Shown here piece after piece: positions 18,465 through 28,221 of a stretch of DNA of 64,000 nt. The notes below the pieces were generated by a model. That model was given only the letters and a program-made list of their open reading frames with translations, had not been told where the DNA came from and did no database searches. Source of the DNA: an uncultured Gammaproteobacteria bacterium (GTDB lineage: Bacteria; Patescibacteriota; Patescibacteriia; Magasanikbacterales; GWA2-37-8); the NCBI GenBank assembly GCA_964355175.1, contig CAYHBZ010000001.1, positions 304,523-368,522 of the forward strand, given 5' to 3'. The number at the start of each line of letters is the position of its first letter. The first letter of the stretch is position 1. Position numbers and translations under genes: made by a program.

Positions 18465-21400
18465 TTAGCTGGTTTTGTCAACATTTTCCTGGTCGGCGTA
18501 CTTCCCGATCTCGCCGATATTCACACTCAGTAGCTTGGAAACACCTTCGCCGCCCATAGTCACCCCGTAGAGCGCGTCGGCCGAGTGCATAGTGACGCGG
18601 TTGTGGGTAATCACGATAAATTGAGATTTGGCGGCCAATTCACTCATAATATTGGCAAAACGCAGAGTGTTGGCTTCATCGAGCGCCGCTTCAACTTCAT
18701 CCATTACTACAAATGGAGATGGGTTGCAGTTTAATATGGCGCAGATTAGCGCTATCGAGGTAAGGGTGCGTTCACCGCCCGACAGAGAGCTGATATTTTT
18801 TATTTTCTTACCGGGTGGGTTTACGATAATATCAATACCGGTAAGAATTTTATCGCGTTTTTTGTTTTTCAATACACCACCATTGTCATCCCCGTGAAAA
18901 CGGGGATCTTGGATTCCCGCTTCCGCGGGAATGACAGAGCCGTCGTTTGAAATGACATTACCATTGGCATCCAACATTTCTTCGCTTTCCGGTTCGCCAT
19001 AAATTTCTTCAAGCTGTGCTCCCCCACCATTAAATAATATTTGAAAATAACGATCAAATTCTTTGCGAATTTGTTTAAAGGCTTGTGAGCGTTTTTTCTT
19101 CATGATTTCGTCGAGTTCTTCGATCATCTTAGACAGATCCCCCACCGCTTTGGTCAAATCTTCCAGTTGACTGGAGAGAAAATCATAACGTTCTTTGGTG
19201 GTTTCGTATTCTTTCACTACTTCTTCATCAATACCACCAATCAAACTAAGCTGATATTTAAATTTAGAAATTGAATCCGCCACCTGATCCAGATCCACTT
19301 GAGAAAGCACACTATCCCAGCGTTCAGAGATACTCAAAAGCGAAGAACTGAGCTCATTATTGGCTTCATTATTTAGATCTTCATTTTTGGTTTCAATTTT
19401 AGCCAATTGAATCTTGAATTCATTGCGGCTACTCAGAATTTCATTAACTTCCGTCTGTTTTTTCTGCATTACTTCTTGCAAAGCAAACACGCGCTGTTTT
19501 TTAATTTCTTCCGCGTCATTAAAATTCTTTATTTCAGTAGCAATTTCCAAAATATCTTTCTCGCTGTTTTCAATTTCCGCTTTTACTTTATTTCTTTCCA
19601 CTTCCAAATCTTTCAGATGTTCGCCATACTCCTGCGGACTCATGCGAATAAAATTCAATTCTTTTTCCATCTGCACAAATTCGGCACTCTGCGAATCGCG
19701 CTGAGTGTGCAAAGCAATTAATTGATTTTGAGATTTTTCTTTTTCCATCTGGGCCAAAAGCTGGTCGGTCTTGGCTTTATCGAGTTGTATTTCTAAATCA
19801 CGGAAAATTTGTTCTTGTTTTATCAATTCTTCTTGATAATTAAAACCGGCATTTTCCGCAAAAGAAGTACTGCCGGAAAAACTCAAATGCATTCTTTTTT
19901 GTCCACGGAAACCACCTTTCATTACACCCCGTTTTTCCGCCACATCACCATCCAGAGTAACATAACGAATACGGCCGATACCCAAGCGTTGGGCCACAGC
20001 CAAATTTTTCACTATCAAGGTGTCGCCCAGGATAAATGAAAAAACATTACGAAATTTTTCATCAAATTTCACCAGATCAATCGCCAAACCAAATACGCCG
20101 TCTTCGTTTACTAGATTCTGGGCTTCGTAGCTTTCATTACGACCCACGATTTTATTAATCGGCAAAAAGGTGGCCACACCCATTTTTTCTTCACGCAAAA
20201 ATTCAATGGCGTTTTTGGCCACACTTTCATCAGCCACTACCAGCGATGATAAATTCGCGCCGGCGGCCACTTCCAGAGCGGTACGGTATTCATCCTGCAC
20301 TTCACCCAGCTCGGCCACCAGGCCATATACTTTTCCCAATCGATTTTTGTTTTCCAAAACTGAGCGTACGGCCGTAAGACCACTAAGCTCCAGATACTGA
20401 CGCTCGCTTTTTTGTTCAAATTGTTTGGTTTGCAATTGTGACAGACGCACCGCCGCCTGAGTTTTTTCGCGCGCCAAATCTTGCACCATCGCATTTTTTT
20501 GCGCGAACAATTTTTCCGCTTTCGAAATTTCCGCTTCAATGGACGCGCTATCACGATTTAATTTTTCTTTTTGAATCTGCAATTCCGCCACTTTATTTTC
20601 CAACCAACCGATATTTTGCTTGCCCAAATCACTATAGGCGTTTTGAATTTTGCCGGATAATATGGCCAACTCACGCTCCCAATCATTTTTAATTTTTACA
20701 GCCGCTTGATGTTTTTCTTGTAATTTTACAAACACTTCCTGACGACTTTCCGCGCGCGCCAAATCCGACAATTCATTCTGCACCGTTTCCAATTCTTTAA
20801 AAGCAATACGATAATTTTCATCCAATTCTTTTATGGTTTTATCCAGCTTATCCATCTCAGTTTTATTGCTCCAATATAGCGATCCATAGTATTTTTCTTG
20901 AGCTTCACGCAAATTTATTTCCACTTCATGGCGCTGTTCCAATTTACGGACCTGTTTGGAAAGCAGACGCAAACGCGGCTCTACTTCTTTGAGCAATGTA
21001 TCCACCTGCTTCATATTATCCTCTGTCCGCGCCAATTTCAGGCTGGCCTGGTGGTGTTTGATTTGATATTCCTTTATACCGGAAGCTTCATCCAAAAAAT
21101 CTTTACGCTCGGCTGGTGTCACCGTCAACATTTTGTCTATTGTCCCCTGACCGACTATACTATAAGAGTGCTGGCCAAACTGTGCCTTGGCAAGCAAAAG
21201 ATGGATATCCAGCATGCGCACCGGATTACTGTTTATGAGATACTCACCTTCGCCACTGCGATATAGACGGCGCGTAATCACCACTTCTTCGGCTTCAATA
21301 TCCGCGCGATTATCAGAATTATCGAGTACCATCGAAATTTCGCAAGCACCCAGTGCTCCGCGCGCTGCCGAGCCACCAAAAATAATATCTTCGCTCTTTT

Positions 21401-21593
21401 TACCACGCAAAGTTTTTAGGCTCTGTTCACCCATTACCCAGCGAATCGCATCCACCACATTGGATTTGCCCGAGCCGTTTGGCCCCACAATTGCAGTAAC
21501 ACTAAAACGACCGTCACGGGGCGGCAAAAAGTTTAATTTGGTCTTTTCAGCAAAGGATTTAAATCCCTGAATTTCTAAACTTTTGAGATACAT
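18465..21593 (-). CDS. smc: Chromosome segregation protein SMC
   Basis: MYLKSLEIQGFKSFAEKTKLNF...VGPNGSGKSNVVDAIRWV is the Walker A head. Long coiled coils and a hinge follow. The C-terminal head has LSGGERTLTSIAL and FVVMDEVEAALDE. The likely start is the ATG at 21593, because the ORF-track start at 21623 adds 10 non-conserved residues. Confidence 0.9.
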   Translation of the reverse strand: MYLKSLEIQGFKSFAEKTKLNFLPPRDGRFSVTAIVGPNGSGKSNVVDAIRWVMGEQSLKTLRGKKSEDIIFGGSAARGALGACEISMVLDNSDNRADIEAEEVVITRRLYRSGEGEYLINSNPVRMLDIHLLLAKAQFGQHSYSIVGQGTIDKMLTVTPAERKDFLDEASGIKEYQIKHHQASLKLARTEDNMKQVDTLLKEVEPRLRLLSKQVRKLEQRHEVEINLREAQEKYYGSLYWSNKTEMDKLDKTIKELDENYRIAFKELETVQNELSDLARAESRQEVFVKLQEKHQAAVKIKNDWERELAILSGKIQNAYSDLGKQNIGWLENKVAELQIQKEKLNRDSASIEAEISKAEKLFAQKNAMVQDLAREKTQAAVRLSQLQTKQFEQKSERQYLELSGLTAVRSVLENKNRLGKVYGLVAELGEVQDEYRTALEVAAGANLSSLVVADESVAKNAIEFLREEKMGVATFLPINKIVGRNESYEAQNLVNEDGVFGLAIDLVKFDEKFRNVFSFILGDTLIVKNLAVAQRLGIGRIRYVTLDGDVAEKRGVMKGGFRGQKRMHLSFSGSTSFAENAGFNYQEELIKQEQIFRDLEIQLDKAKTDQLLAQMEKEKSQNQLIALHTQRDSQSAEFVQMEKELNFIRMSPQEYGEHLKDLEVERNKVKAEIENSEKDILEIATEIKNFNDAEEIKKQRVFALQEVMQKKQTEVNEILSSRNEFKIQLAKIETKNEDLNNEANNELSSSLLSISERWDSVLSQVDLDQVADSISKFKYQLSLIGGIDEEVVKEYETTKERYDFLSSQLEDLTKAVGDLSKMIEELDEIMKKKRSQAFKQIRKEFDRYFQILFNGGGAQLEEIYGEPESEEMLDANGNVISNDGSVIPAEAGIQDPRFHGDDNGGVLKNKKRDKILTGIDIIVNPPGKKIKNISSLSGGERTLTSIALICAILNCNPSPFVVMDEVEAALDEANTLRFANIMSELAAKSQFIVITHNRVTMHSADALYGVTMGGEGVSKLLSVNIGEIGKYADQENVDKTS
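18885..18935 (-). repeat. Palindromic element copy B, inserted in frame inside smc
   Basis: The sequence is gtcatccccgtgaaaacggggatcttggattcccgcttccgcgggaatgac. It contains two hairpins (tccccgt/acgggga and attcccgc/gcgggaat). On the minus strand it is read as VIPAEAGIQDPRFHGDD within the SMC C-terminal head loop. Confidence 0.6.
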
Positions 21594-21628
21594 AATTATG
21601 CGGCTTATTATACCACAGCCCAATTATC

Positions 21629-21657
21629 TTGACAAAACCCCAAAATGGGGATATAAT
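21629..21657 (+). promoter_or_regulatory. Consensus sigma-70 promoter for nrnA
   Basis: TTGACA (21629-21634), a 17-nt spacer, then TATAAT (21652-21657). The ORF-track TTG start at 21629 is in fact this -35 hexamer. Confidence 0.6.
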
Positions 21658-21673
21658 CGCCTGTTCCTTATAT

Positions 21674-22630
21674 ATGAAGAAAATAGTTTTACAAATTCAC
21701 GATAAGATCAAAAACGCCAAAAATGTGGTTTTGATTCCGCATCAAAACGCCGATGGCGATGCCCTGGGATCGGCGGGCGCGCTTTTTGATTATCTCACTT
21801 CGCTTGGCATCCAAGTGCGTATTTTTTGTCTTACCCCTCTGAATCCCCGCCTGAGCTTTTTGCCGCATAGTGAAAAACTCACCACCGACCAAAGTATTTT
21901 TTTGGATAAAGAAATTGATTATATTATCGTAGTGGATTCCGGCGATCTGGAATATGCCGGCGTCCATAATTTGGTAAAAGATCATCCGGCCGAAATTATT
22001 AATATTGATCACCACCACACCAACAAACAATTTGGTACTCATAATTTAGTGATCCCCACCATGAGCTCTACCGCAGAAGTAATTTTTCATTTTCTGCGTC
22101 ATGTTCGCGCGCGCTTTACCCATCGTATTGCCACTGCCCTACTTACCGGCATCATCACCGACACCGATAATTTCACCAATGCCGCCACCTCCCAAAGCGC
22201 TATGGCCGCGGCCGGCGAACTGATTCGTCACGGTGGCAATTTGAATCTGATCAACACCCATACTGTCCGCAATAAATCCGTGAATCTCTTGCATTTATGG
22301 GGCGAAGTACTAAATCGCCTCCAAAAACACGAGGGTCTGGATATGGTCTATACCTATATCACCCAAGCCGATTTGGACAAACACCAAGTGAGCGAAAACG
22401 AAAGTGAAGGCATTGCCAATTTTCTCAACAACTTAGACGAAGGCAAGCTGGCCTTAATTCTCAAAGAAACAAAAGACGGAAAAATCAAAGGCAGTTTCCG
22501 TACCACTCGCGACGACACCGATGTCTCGGCGCTCGCCAAAAAAATGGGCGGCGGCGGACACAAAAAAGCGGCGGGATTTTCTACTACAGGTACAATTGAA
22601 GAAGTATTAGAAAAAATAATGGCTTTGTAA
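21674..22630 (+). CDS. nrnA: DHH/DHHA1 phosphoesterase (NrnA-like oligoribonuclease/pAp phosphatase)
   Basis: HQNADGDALGS, VVDSGD, NIDHHHTN, GIITDTDNF and GGGGHKKAAGF are the DHH and DHHA1 motifs. The start is placed at the ATG at 21674 (MKKIVLQ). Confidence 0.8.
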   Translation: MKKIVLQIHDKIKNAKNVVLIPHQNADGDALGSAGALFDYLTSLGIQVRIFCLTPLNPRLSFLPHSEKLTTDQSIFLDKEIDYIIVVDSGDLEYAGVHNLVKDHPAEIINIDHHHTNKQFGTHNLVIPTMSSTAEVIFHFLRHVRARFTHRIATALLTGIITDTDNFTNAATSQSAMAAAGELIRHGGNLNLINTHTVRNKSVNLLHLWGEVLNRLQKHEGLDMVYTYITQADLDKHQVSENESEGIANFLNNLDEGKLALILKETKDGKIKGSFRTTRDDTDVSALAKKMGGGGHKKAAGFSTTGTIEEVLEKIMAL

Positions 22631-22638
22631 TTTTTTGG

Positions 22639-22667
22639 TTGACCTGCGAGTATAATAATAGTAAAAT
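22639..22667 (+). promoter_or_regulatory. Putative clpP promoter
   Basis: TTGACC (22639-22644), a 17-nt spacer, then TAAAAT (22662-22667). Confidence 0.4.
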
Positions 22668-22670
22668 ATC

Positions 22671-22844
22671 AATAATACTTTCCATTCACTCACCTGTGAA
22701 AACACTCGGATAATTTGCAACCCGCCGAAGCTCTGGCTCTGAACTCGTCGCTTGGCTCCTCAAACAGCAGAGCCAGCCACGCTTCGTCGGCTCACAAATT
22801 ATTTCCTCGTGTTTTCAATGGTTCGTTCATTGGAAAATATTATT
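22671..22844 (+). repeat. 174-nt imperfect palindrome forming the predicted clpP 5' leader
   Basis: The left arm is aataatactttccattcactcacctgtgaaaacactcggataatttgcaacccgccgaagc. The reverse complement of the right arm is aataatattttccaatgaacgaaccattgaaaacacgaggaaataatttgtgagccgacgaagc. The central part has ctggctctg (22733-22741) paired with cagagccag (22768-22776). Confidence 0.55.
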
Positions 22845-22865
22845 TCTACATAATTAAAACATACT

Positions 22866-23462
22866 ATGAATAACGACATTAAATCCCAGATACTTATTCC
22901 GACCGTTATTGAAAAAACCAGCTACGGCGAACGTGCCTACGATATCTATTCTCGCTTGCTTATAGATCGCATTATCTTCCTCGGCCAAGCGATCGACGAT
23001 CATGTGGCCAATATTGTAATCGCTCAATTGTTATTCTTGGAAAATCAAGACCCTAGCAAAGATATCAAAATATATATCAATTCCCCAGGAGGATCTGTAT
23101 CCGCCGGCATGGCCATCTACGACACCATGAAATATATCAAAGCCGATGTATCTACTATTTGTATCGGCATGGCCGCCAGTATGGCCGCCGTCTTGCTCGC
23201 ATCTGGCGCCAAAGGCAAACGCATGATTCTGCCCAACGCTGAAGTGATGATTCACCAAGTAATGGGCGGCATGGAAGGCCAAGCCAGTGATATCAAAATC
23301 CACGCTGAACGGATCCTACGCATGAAACAATCTCTGAATAAAATTTTGGCTGAACACACTGGTCAAGATATAAAAAAAGTAGAACAAGACACCGACCGTG
23401 ATAATTTTATGATTGCCAAAGACGCCGTCGCTTACGGCCTAGTAGACAAAATTGTTGAATAA
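22866..23462 (+). CDS. clpP: ATP-dependent Clp protease proteolytic subunit
   Basis: [35 protein letters not shown] and [11 protein letters not shown] (catalytic Ser) together with MIHQ (catalytic His) identify ClpP. Confidence 0.95.
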   Translation: MNNDIKSQILIPTVIEKTSYGERAYDIYSRLLIDRIIFLGQAIDDHVANIVIAQLLFLENQDPSKDIKIYINSPGGSVSAGMAIYDTMKYIKADVSTICIGMAASMAAVLLASGAKGKRMILPNAEVMIHQVMGGMEGQASDIKIHAERILRMKQSLNKILAEHTGQDIKKVEQDTDRDNFMIAKDAVAYGLVDKIVE

Positions 23463-23483
23463 TTAGCTATAATTAGCCAAAAA

Positions 23484-23507
23484 ATACCCAAAATTGGGTA
23501 TTTTTTG
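23484..23507 (+). terminator. Intrinsic terminator after clpP
   Basis: atacccaaaattgggtat forms a hairpin (23484-23501) that is followed by ttttt. Confidence 0.6.
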
Positions 23508-23517
23508 TTTTACCCCC

Positions 23518-23546
23518 TTGACAAGATCCTCATTCTATGCTATACT
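23518..23546 (+). promoter_or_regulatory. Consensus promoter with no downstream plus-strand ORF
   Basis: TTGACA (23518-23523), a 17-nt spacer, then TATACT (23541-23546). Confidence 0.6.
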
Positions 23547-23552
23547 TATGAG

Positions 23553-23803
23553 TTGCTAAAAGTGAAGCACCCCGATTCGTTCGGGAACAGGATAAATAAG
23601 CATAGCCGCCCCATAAGGGTATTAGGATCCAGGTCAGTGCAAATTATCGATTCACAACAAGTAAGTATAATTAGCACCGACCCGTATCCACTACAAGCAT
23701 GGGGATGTGTTGACGGATAGAACTGGCTTCGGCTCGTCTTCTCCCTTGACACATCTTCTTGGGTGCGGTTTCCGGGGAATTAATTTTCCCCACAAAAACA
23801 ACA
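23553..23803 (+). ncRNA. Candidate structured non-coding RNA of unknown class
   Basis: The region is bounded by a consensus promoter and a strong terminator. Internal hairpins include cccga/tcggg (23571-23585) and a 16-position stem at 23632-23647 / 23667-23682. Further pairs are gatgtgt/acacatc (23704-23710 / 23749-23755) and ggggaa/ttcccc (23774-23791). The region is more GC-rich than other intergenic DNA in the window. The two ORF-track ORFs here do not look protein-like. Confidence 0.4.
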
Positions 23804-23835
23804 CTGCCTACTTCAAAAAAGTAGGCAGTTTTTTT
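23804..23835. terminator. Bidirectional intrinsic terminator
   Basis: ctgcctac (23804-23811) pairs with gtaggcag (23821-23828). A T-run follows on the plus strand and a T-rich tract follows on the minus strand. It would serve both the ncRNA candidate and the VanW-like gene. Confidence 0.6.
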
Positions 23836-23854
23836 ATTTTTATTTAATTTATTA

Positions 23855-25846
23855 CTAATTGTTTATCGGCACTGGTTCGCTAGGTGTAGCTCCTTGAGCT
23901 TCTGTCGCACCAACCGCCGGAGCTGCACAAGTTTCGCCTGGTTTGCACTCTGGCACCGCGTCCACACCCACCATACAAATTTTTGGCAACGGTCGATAGT
24001 AGCTATCAAACACACGATCTATTTTTTCACCAGCTGGCGTAACTCTACTATAAGTAAAACTGGCCACCGCGCCGCGAAAAGCATTTTGACATTTTACTTC
24101 GCCAGGTTTTAATTTAGCACTTTTTATTTCTTGTGGCTCGCCCGATGGAATCCATTTTTTTACGAGCGGATGAGTGTACGACCCATTGCGACCATCCGGT
24201 TTACCCCAGAGCGTGAAGATAAGTTGTTGTTTTTTATAATCAATCTCGGTCTGCAACAACAAATAATGTCCGGTATCATTTTTAAATTTTAAATCGAGTG
24301 ACGGCTCATACAAAGTAGCATCGGTACCGGGATTGCCATTCACCGGATCGGAATAATACCCGACCACCAAAGAATGATTTTGACGTTGGGTAATATCCAT
24401 ACCAGAATTCATGGCCATACGGAAAAGAGTGGTACCGATCTGACACATACCACCACCTATTTCATTTTTTATTTCGTTTCCTTTAATCACCGCTTCCGGC
24501 AGAAAACCATTTTCCGCCGTAAACGGACCAGCATAGCGGATAGCGGAAAATTCTTCATCTGGTTTTATAAGCGCACCATTTAGACGTGCCACGGCGTGGG
24601 CGATATTTTTGATACGATTGGTATGGCTATCTTTAAAAGTAGAATATCCCACCCCTACCACTTCTTCAATACCAAGCTCATTGGCATTGGCCATTTTTAC
24701 TACCGGCTCCGCCACATCTACAGTAAGCGCTACGGTTTTATTGGCTTGAGCCGGATGATAATTTCTATCTTTAAAAGCGGCATTGAGATCAGCATAAGTT
24801 TTTTCAGCATTCAAAGTAAGACCCGTTTGACTGGCTTGAAATTCCTTGACTTTACCTTTTTCATCCACGGCAAATTTGGCATCTTGCGCCGATCTATCTA
24901 CTAGGGGGCGCAGGCTCTCCAAATAAGTTTTTACTTTTTCTTGATTTAAAATAAATATCGGCTGTTGATTTTCATCCTTGGTCACTTCAATCCAGCCGCC
25001 ATATTGCGCCAAGGTCAAAGGCCAATCACGACGAGCTTTGGTCTGCGGATCCACATAATTTAATCCTAGATCACCATATCCCAAAACAGCCGCTAAATTT
25101 TCACTGGCTTTTTGGGCGTCAGAAAATTTTATGGCCGGTTCAAATTGTTTGGCGGTGACCGGTATATTTCCGAGATAGAGCTGACTCAAATTTGTTTGAA
25201 TTTGTTCAATAATTTTTTCATACTCAAATTCCAGCCCAGACTGCTCGGACACCACCGAATAATTCAACGGTGAAAAAGAAGTAATAAAAATATTAGCGTT
25301 GCGCGGTTTGTCTACTTTGTCGTCCAGATTATCTTTAAGCAGGCTCATTAAATTTAGCCAGTCTACTTTTACCGGCACATTCAAATTAGTATTTTGAACA
25401 CGATAATACAGCGGTCCAAACAAACGCGCCGGCCAACTACCCCCGCGGCCAAGTCCGTAAGCCGCCTGCCACAAAGCATAGCTGTCCAGCTTCACCAATT
25501 CAGCTGCCTCGCCGCCGCTGGCGACAGTATCAATACGCAAAACGGTTTTTTTATCGTTCACATTCACATCCAAATTTATACCCTCTTTGGACAATCTATT
25601 GTTGGTAGTCTCAATAAAATTATTTAAATCAGAGCGTGTCATCGAGCCAAGATGATAATTTCCGGCATAAACTCCCGGATAAATTTTATCCTGATAAACT
25701 TTCAAATAAGTAGCCGTTGCCCCCGAAACCACACCAAGTACCGCGACCAAAACCAAAAAAAATACCGCGACTATTTTTAGCGGACGCTTCCAAGGTTTTG
25801 CCTCCACCGATTCGCTCGGAAAGGTCTGTTTGATATCTTCATTCAT
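23855..25846 (-). CDS. VanW-family membrane-anchored protein
   Basis: The protein has an N-terminal TM segment. GGGMCQIGTTLFRMAMNSGMDITQRQNHS matches the VanW core motif. The tail is Cys-containing. Confidence 0.65.
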   Translation of the reverse strand: MNEDIKQTFPSESVEAKPWKRPLKIVAVFFLVLVAVLGVVSGATATYLKVYQDKIYPGVYAGNYHLGSMTRSDLNNFIETTNNRLSKEGINLDVNVNDKKTVLRIDTVASGGEAAELVKLDSYALWQAAYGLGRGGSWPARLFGPLYYRVQNTNLNVPVKVDWLNLMSLLKDNLDDKVDKPRNANIFITSFSPLNYSVVSEQSGLEFEYEKIIEQIQTNLSQLYLGNIPVTAKQFEPAIKFSDAQKASENLAAVLGYGDLGLNYVDPQTKARRDWPLTLAQYGGWIEVTKDENQQPIFILNQEKVKTYLESLRPLVDRSAQDAKFAVDEKGKVKEFQASQTGLTLNAEKTYADLNAAFKDRNYHPAQANKTVALTVDVAEPVVKMANANELGIEEVVGVGYSTFKDSHTNRIKNIAHAVARLNGALIKPDEEFSAIRYAGPFTAENGFLPEAVIKGNEIKNEIGGGMCQIGTTLFRMAMNSGMDITQRQNHSLVVGYYSDPVNGNPGTDATLYEPSLDLKFKNDTGHYLLLQTEIDYKKQQLIFTLWGKPDGRNGSYTHPLVKKWIPSGEPQEIKSAKLKPGEVKCQNAFRGAVASFTYSRVTPAGEKIDRVFDSYYRPLPKICMVGVDAVPECKPGETCAAPAVGATEAQGATPSEPVPINN

Positions 25847-25848
25847 AA

Positions 25849-26301
25849 TTATTCCTCCACTATAATAATTGGGATATTACCATCTACTTTATTTTTTGGC
25901 AACGCCACCGTCAGTACCCCATTTTTAAACTCAGCTCGGGCCATTTCCACTTTTACTTCCACCGGCAATACGATGGTGCGTGAAAATTTACCCCAATAAC
26001 ATTCGCGATAAAAAAATTCCAGCTCAGTGCTCAGCGGCGATTGGCGCTCACCACGAATCGTGAGCACATCATTTTGTAAATGCAATTCCACATTTTCCGG
26101 TTTGCATCCGGCCATCGGCGCCACCACTACCACTTCGTCTTTTGTCTGCACCACATCTATCGCCAGCTGACCTTCGCTGTTTAAAGCCGAAGATTCCGTC
26201 GAATTCCCTTTCATGAAATCGGCTAAGATAGAAAAATCATCTGCATTGTTTTCAAGTGGCAGAGAAAAATTATTATTCATATGTCTATTATTATACAACA
26301 A
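25849..26301 (-). CDS. Hsp20/alpha-crystallin small heat-shock protein
   Basis: DVVQTKDEVVVVAPMAG...LTIRGERQ...GKFSRTIVLP...A.FKNGVLTVALPK is the alpha-crystallin domain pattern. Confidence 0.85.
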   Translation of the reverse strand: MLYNNRHMNNNFSLPLENNADDFSILADFMKGNSTESSALNSEGQLAIDVVQTKDEVVVVAPMAGCKPENVELHLQNDVLTIRGERQSPLSTELEFFYRECYWGKFSRTIVLPVEVKVEMARAEFKNGVLTVALPKNKVDGNIPIIIVEE

Positions 26302-26352
26302 ATTTCAAAAAAACAAAAATCGGCGACCAAAGCCAAATTTGCTAATTTTGCA

Positions 26353-28203
26353 CTATCGTTTTGGAACCTTTTGATCAATCTTGGAAGCCAATTTATGCTC
26401 GGCGCAATAATCCACTACGGCCTCAAGGAAAATCTTGCCGTACTTGGCCAATTTTATATCACCAAATCCGGAAATCTTACGCACATCCTCCAAAGTCAGC
26501 GGCAGATAGGCCGACAGTTCGAGCAAAGTAGCGTCGGAAAATATCAGATAAGCCGGTACATTTTCTTTCTGTGCCAATTCGGTGCGGACGATTTTGAGTT
26601 TACCAAATAATTCCTCTTCATAAGGAATATCTCCGAGAGACACTTTCTTGCTTTTTTCTTTCACGGTTTCTATTTCTTTTTTATCCGCGATTTTTACCAA
26701 GAAAATTTTCTCTTTGCCCAGCAGGACATCACGACTTTTTTCCGTAAGCGCCAAAATTGGATATTCACTGCCGACTTGTTTGAGATAATCAAAAGAAATC
26801 AAATCTTTAAAATAGCGAAACCAATCTTCTTTGGGAATATCTTTGCCAATGCCGTAAGTTTTCAGAGTTTTGTGATACTCGCTAATTTTTTGGTTTTTGG
26901 AACCGCGCAAAAAATCCACCACATAAGTAAGTCCATAGCGACTTTCCAATCTGGCCACGGCCGACAAAGCTTTTTGGGCAATTACGGTAGCGTCAAATTT
27001 TTCACGTACGGTGAGACAGACATCACAATTACCACACTGCTCCGGCGCTTCTTCATCGAAATAATTTAATATGGCCCGACGGCGGCAAGCATTGGCTTCG
27101 CATAGAGTAGCCATTTGCGAAAGTTTACGCAACATTATTCGTGTTTGCTCCGGATTATTTTCTACAGCGGCAAATCTTTTGAGTTTCATTACATCACCGC
27201 CGCTGTAAAATAAAATTGCTTCACTTTTCAGCCCATCACGGCCGGCACGTCCGGTTTCCTGATAATAGCTTTCGATATTTTTTGGCAAATCACCGTGAAT
27301 CACAAAACGCACATTGGACTTGTTTATACCCATGCCAAAAGCAATCGTAGCCACAATTATTTTTATCTGATCTTTGATAAATAGGTCCTGGTGTTTTTGT
27401 CTTTTGTCTCCATTTAATCCGGCATGATAAGACTTTACCGAAAAACCGTCGGCTTTTAATTTATCCGCCATCTTGTCGGCCGAATTACGCGATAATACAT
27501 AGATAATACCAGAATCATCGCGATGTTTTTTCAGGTAAGCTACTATCTGCTCATACATTTTTCGTTTTGGCTCGACACTATAATGAATATTGGGGCGATT
27601 GAAACTAGAGGTAAAAACGCTTGGTTTTTTTAGCTGTAATTTATTTAAAATATCATCACGCGTGAGCTGATCCGCCGTAGCCGTGAGCGCGATAGTCGGC
27701 ACCTGTGGAAATTGTTTTTTCAGCGACGACAACAAGCGATACTCTGGCCTGAAATCATGCCCCCAGCTGGAAATACAATGCGCTTCATCAATCGCAAACA
27801 AAGAAATATCCAAATCTCTCAAAAAAACCAAAAACTGCTGATTATTACCAAGCAGCCTCTCTGGAGAAACATATAATAATTTTATTTCTTTTCTTTCCAA
27901 CTGCCTATAAATATCCGAAAGTTCATCATTATCAAGCGATGAATTCATGTAGGCCGCCCTGATGCCATTGAGGCGCAAAGCATCTACTTGATCTTTCATC
28001 AGAGCGATGAGCGGCGAGATTACCACCGTCAAACCACCAAACATCAAAGCCGGAATCTGATAACATAGTGACTTTCCCCCGCCAGTGGGCATCAAAACAA
28101 ACGCATCTCGTTTTTGCAAGATGGTTTGGATAATTTCTTCTTGATTGAATCGAAATGATTCGTAACCAAATTTGGTTTTAAGAATTTGCGCGGGAGATTG
28201 CAT
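26353..28203 (-). CDS. recQ: ATP-dependent DNA helicase RecQ
   Basis: [52 protein letters not shown] and GRAGRDG are present. A zinc-binding Cys cluster (CRRR...CGNCDVC) and a C-terminal HRDC-like region follow. Confidence 0.9.
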   Translation of the reverse strand: MQSPAQILKTKFGYESFRFNQEEIIQTILQKRDAFVLMPTGGGKSLCYQIPALMFGGLTVVISPLIALMKDQVDALRLNGIRAAYMNSSLDNDELSDIYRQLERKEIKLLYVSPERLLGNNQQFLVFLRDLDISLFAIDEAHCISSWGHDFRPEYRLLSSLKKQFPQVPTIALTATADQLTRDDILNKLQLKKPSVFTSSFNRPNIHYSVEPKRKMYEQIVAYLKKHRDDSGIIYVLSRNSADKMADKLKADGFSVKSYHAGLNGDKRQKHQDLFIKDQIKIIVATIAFGMGINKSNVRFVIHGDLPKNIESYYQETGRAGRDGLKSEAILFYSGGDVMKLKRFAAVENNPEQTRIMLRKLSQMATLCEANACRRRAILNYFDEEAPEQCGNCDVCLTVREKFDATVIAQKALSAVARLESRYGLTYVVDFLRGSKNQKISEYHKTLKTYGIGKDIPKEDWFRYFKDLISFDYLKQVGSEYPILALTEKSRDVLLGKEKIFLVKIADKKEIETVKEKSKKVSLGDIPYEEELFGKLKIVRTELAQKENVPAYLIFSDATLLELSAYLPLTLEDVRKISGFGDIKLAKYGKIFLEAVVDYCAEHKLASKIDQKVPKR

Positions 28204-28221
28204 TAGTTTAAAAGTTTCAGG

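Noticed and set aside
21629-21673. ORF-track start of the nrnA ORF at 21629
   Set aside because: The TTG at 21629 is the first base of a perfect TTGACA -35 hexamer. The real start is the ATG at 21674, downstream of the TATAAT.
23505-23752. ORFs 23505..23720(+) and 23546..23752(-)
   Set aside because: They overlap the promoter and the hairpins of the ncRNA candidate. They lack ribosome-binding sites and have non-protein-like sequences.
23553-23803. Identification of the RNA candidate as RNase P RNA, tmRNA, SRP RNA or 6S RNA
   Set aside because: I looked for GAGGAAAGUCC / ACAGAA..CGGCUUA (RNase P), for the GGGG...GGAUUCGAC 5' end with a T-arm and tag ORF (tmRNA), and for GGAA-GGAAGCAGC (SRP). 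I also looked for a single long bubble-hairpin (6S). None fits, so the class is left open.
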